From Convolutriloba macropyga (Eukaryota), in NCBI RefSeq assembly GCF_964194025.1, contig NC_134474.1:18910001-18974000 (forward strand): a stretch of 64,000 nucleotides of DNA, read 5' to 3'. This document shows, piece by piece, positions 60,901-64,000 of this stretch; position 1 is the first letter of the stretch, and every line of letters starts with the position of its first letter. The notes beneath the pieces were generated by a model, which saw nothing but the letters and a program-made list of their open reading frames with translations, searched no databases and was not told the DNA's origin. The position numbers were made by a program, and so were the translations under genes.

Positions 60901-62993
60901 TTTGTGTTTGTGGGTAGAGGTAGATGATTGCTCTCAATGTACGTTTAAAGCTGAATTCTTTGAATTCGCAATAGATCGTCAATTAAATGCTTCGGCGTTG
61001 CTGCGAAAATTAATATGTTTGAGCTTCAATCCAATAATTTGATAAACGTTAACTGACCGCGCACTCAAAGGATCTTGAGCTTCGCTCACTCAATTTTCCC
61101 ATCCTTTGTATTAGCTGCGTTGTGTTCTCAGACTTTATTATTTATTATCTAACACTTTTTACATATTTTAAACTTCATTGATGGTGATCTTTTTTCTGAG
61201 AATTGTCTCGACTAGTCGAGATGAAAAGTTTAGAAAAATGAGATAAACCGTTAATGGCTAAGGGATATATTGGACAGCTTTTTTTAAATTAAAAGAGGAA
61301 ATGTCTGAAATATTCCACTGTTCAATGAAGTATAATGCATAACAGAGTGCAGGGGGTAATGTTGAAGGGTTCTGATTAATGTTTTACTGCTTCACTGTAC
61401 GCACGCTTTTTTCTTTTACAAATTTTGACATTTCATGACATAATTAATGAAAAAAATTGTTATATTTTTGGTGATGTCTAGTGAATTGTGTTGGGTTGGG
61501 TGTTGGTGTTAATGACTTAAATAACTCTTGTTTTTAAAGAGGCTCGGAAATGTTCGGTCGCATATAATGTCCCATTCCCGCTCATCCACATTCTTGGCGT
61601 AATTGTTTGCAATTGCGGTAAAGTTAAAAGCTTTATCTTTACCTCAAATATAATACATAATAGCAAATATAATACATAATAGCAAATATAATACATAATA
61701 GATAAATACTAAGTGACTAGCTTGGAGAAACATTGAACTGGGCAAGAAATTTGTTTAATAAGAAATCAGGCTGGAGCCACCTTTGTAGCAGAAAAATGAC
61801 AATTTGTAGTAGAAAAATGACAATGCCACCTTTGTAGCCGAAAAATGACGTATACCTACTTTGCGAAAGAAAATGGGAAAAAACAACGAAATCGAAAAAT
61901 ATGAGCAACTGCGAAACCCAAAATGTTTTTGAATGTTAGTGGCCTGAAAGTAAAAAGTAAAAAAAACATAAATCAGAATGCTTAGCCACTTCATACCTTC
62001 CATTTCTAAAAAGCAGCTAGCATCATTTTCTAATTCCATTTGAGCGACTAAATAACAAAAGTATTAAGACATTTGAGTAGATGGGGTCTGCTATTTTTCA
62101 AACTGAAACCTCTTTTGATCAAGACAACAAGAAAATCAACAATTATCGCAGAAAAAAATTATTAAATTTTGTTACATGAAAACTTAAAGATGTTCAATTA
62201 TAGTTCGCTAAGAAGCCGATAAGACATGTCATTATTTAGACTAAATTACAACACAACGGTAAGTTAAGTTATCAGTTTATAACTATAAAGTGTGCAGCTT
62301 TATTTTCACTCATGCTCCAGAAGAGATAATGTAACAAGAACCCCATATAGAATAGAGACATGCGCACATAATCCGCTGAACATTTGAAGACATGTGCACA
62401 TAATATTTGAAGACATATTGAAGAGATATTTTAAGAGATATTTTAAGAGATATTGAAGAGATATTTTAAGAAAACTCGAGAAAAAACGGGTAATAATTTA
62501 CAAATAAAAACTTGATTTCCTGAAGTTAGAATTTGTCAAGATTTCAAGAAAAGTAGTCACTTATTTCACTGGTAACGTTGTGTCGGAAAGTTTATTGTCG
62601 GTGACGGAATGTTCTGCGCTACAAAGCTTTTGATTGCAGCCCTCTTGCACTTGCACTGCCCGCCATTTCTATAACAAAATTTCGCTATCAGTCCGTGTAT
62701 GCATTTTAAATTAAATATAAGCCAATTTGCAAGTGATGTGTTTCAGTGCTCATATAAATCATACCCACACGATAACACCTACTTGATCGAGACCCGAAAT
62801 ATCTACGACGATCTGCCTCGTGATAGACCTTTCGATATCTGTGTGGCAGTGGCGAGAGAACTGTATGGGTCTTTTGGCTACGATCGACTCTGTCAGCACA
62901 TGGACTTCTCGGACGAATTCATTATCATTGCTTCCAAGGCAGCCATTACTCTAGAGGGTAATTCTGTCCGCATTGATGAATCACTGCTCCGGA
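30907..62993 (+). CDS. Cytokine-receptor-like protein (signal peptide + two-FN3 cytokine-binding module); partial, continues beyond the window
   Basis: Exons 30907-30982, 35749-35959, 45018-45262, 57573-57751 and 62747-62993 (or 62957) all have GT-AG sites and splice into one stop-free ~319-aa frame with intron phases 1-2-1-0-1. Confidence 0.75.
35749..35959 (+). CDS. Receptor exon 2: N-half of FN3 domain 1 with C-x9-C
   Basis: ttttttgtgacag| SSDPVRK...CYTEDLTTYKCCLEPW...NNYTVSL |GTAAGT; phase 1 to 2. Confidence 0.78.
36219..38418. repeat. Recent tandem duplication, 2 x 1099 bp
   Basis: cttaatgttcaaaaattaag starts at 36221 and 37320; the copies differ by only scattered substitutions. Confidence 0.95.
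43737..43894. mobile_element. MITE family A, copy 3
   Basis: Internal cccagtacgttat..gagcacgtg..gcgtctggggggtgc and right TIR GCACAAACGGAAAATATCC. Confidence 0.75.
45018..45262 (+). CDS. Receptor exon 3: C-half of domain 1
   Basis: ctttgcag| ASNNGERPVEWKIYP...NGKCVQF...TCKVKLLY...PYS |GTAAGA; 245 nt open; phase 2 to 1. Confidence 0.75.
45349..46680. mobile_element. Family B repeat copy
   Basis: Head with palindrome ATGTGC-GTTT-GCACAT; body similar to 21767-23700. Confidence 0.5.
50590..57430. repeat. Complex satellite, ~410-436-bp monomers with higher-order structure, in receptor intron 3
   Basis: The marker actgaWtcgagttgaYtt recurs about every 430 bp (about 14 monomers). An 847-bp dimer period is shown by identical ORFs at 51926 and 52773. 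A ~430-bp junction block occurs twice (~53865 and ~57000). Confidence 0.93.
57573..57751 (+). CDS. Receptor exon 4: N-half of domain 2
   Basis: ttcgttttag| HYHIDKED...IVNITVRTP...DWQLCVCV...IHK |GTACGT; phase 1 to 0. Confidence 0.72.
58660..59080. mobile_element. Family C terminal fragment
   Basis: Homologous to 42300-42640 and 43140-43510; ends in hairpin ACCGAC-GTTA-GTCGGT. Confidence 0.6.
60313..60460. mobile_element. MITE family A, copy 4
   Basis: GGATCTTTTCCGTTCGTG...CACAAACGGAAAATATCC; TSD AAAGTGCA/AAAATGCA (one mismatch). Confidence 0.8.
60700..60760 (-). other. tRNA-derived SINE-like head fragment
   Basis: Minus strand TGGCTCCACATTGG (A-box-like) and GGGTTCAAGCCC (B-box); no full cloverleaf. 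Confidence 0.3.
62747..62993 (+). CDS. Receptor exon 5: C-half of domain 2 with WSXWS-position segment
   Basis: gtgtttcag| CSYK...DDLPRDRPFDICVAVA...HMDFSDEFII; phase-1 donors after 62957 (G|GTAATT) or 62993 (A|GTTAGT). Confidence 0.72.
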
Positions 62994-63922
62994 GTTAGTT
63001 GCTTTGTAAATTGCTGTCGAACAAATTTTGAAGTAATCATTGTTGTCGCTGTGTGTCTCTCTTGTGCAAATTATTTTCTCGACTGTTTTTTGACTATTCG
63101 ATTAACTTCCAGTTTTTTGACTTTTTGAATTTTGCGTGATTTGCATTCGTAAATTGACCTTCAGTTAAAATCTCGTGTTTCACTTTAAATGTTACTAATG
63201 AGCCATGCAACCTAGAGAAACAATATTTGAGGCCCTCGTGTTTGAGCCCCCCATTGACCCGTTTCTAAGCTCTCGCCCGACTGAAGCAGGCTATAATAGA
63301 ATCGAGCCTCCGTACGTCGTTCGACAGCAATTCGTCCATCATTAGTCGTTTATATTGATGAAAATTTGTAGGGCCTCTAAGCAATAAGTTAACTGTTGCT
63401 GGTTTATCTTCTGCCAATAGTGCGTTTTCCTCTGAATTTTTCAAGCTTTATGGATAAATTATTCTGTACATAGTTTTAAAAAATTGGAAACAATTAAATT
63501 GTAATGTTTATGTTCCACCAACTTTCCTTATATAATAAAAAAAACTTTCCAAACGATGGCATAGGAACGGCAATTTATTTTAATATCTGGAAAGCGATAG
63601 CTAGGGCTATTATAGACTTTCTCTTGGTTTTTTACAATTAAGATACCTTGAATTGTTTTGCTCTTTTTCAAGAAATGTTCACACTTTTTTGACCTTTTTC
63701 GTGTCAATGAGAAGTCGAAATTGGAATAGTGATTTTAGTTACGCTCCTGAAATTTTAAATTTCTTTTAAATTTTGTACTTCATTTTTTTTTCTTTTATTA
63801 CTGACCAGGCTAGAAAACAAAGATGCAGAATCCTATCATGGAAATTTTGCCTAGCTCTCTCTCTCTCTGTGTCGGTTGGGTTTTTCCTTCACTTTCTCGT
63901 TCACGTTCTTGTCTATCTCACA

Positions 63923-63925
<3 letters not shown>

Positions 63926-63971
<46 letters not shown>
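63926..63971. repeat. (TC)n microsatellite / polypyrimidine tract
   Basis: About 22 TC units followed by CTTAAC and TTCAG at the window end. Confidence 0.9.
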
Positions 63972-63974
<3 letters not shown>

Positions 63975-64000
63975 TTAACTCTGTTGATACCGCACTTCAG

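Noticed and set aside
62699-62998. VRIDES resembles the Merlin/IS1016 transposase V(E/Q)IDES motif
   Set aside because: No other DDE motifs or flanking TIRs. The segment is bounded by splice sites in the phases needed for receptor exon 5.

Overview
AT-rich eukaryotic DNA from an animal, probably an invertebrate, with spliceosomal introns; the lineage cannot be fixed from the sequence alone. 1.8-18.3 kb is a compact housekeeping cluster: an unannotated 3-exon minus-strand gene head-to-head with CSTF1, then same-strand CSTF1, FARSB (with a claudin-like gene nested antisense in intron 2), intronless POLB, a ~1 kb palindrome and a divergent CDCA7-like gene. The five non-nested genes each have a splice acceptor just before the ATG, suggesting SL trans-splicing and possibly an operon. 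18-30 kb holds MITEs, Helentron-like repeats and a decayed CR1-group LINE. 30.9-64 kb looks like repeat junk in the ORF track. It contains five in-frame exons of a signal-peptide plus two-FN3 cytokine-receptor-like gene with the 1-2-1-0-1 intron phase pattern. Its introns carry tandem Helentron-like repeats, a 1099-bp duplication and a ~430-bp higher-order satellite. All gene models were spliced by hand and no searches were run.
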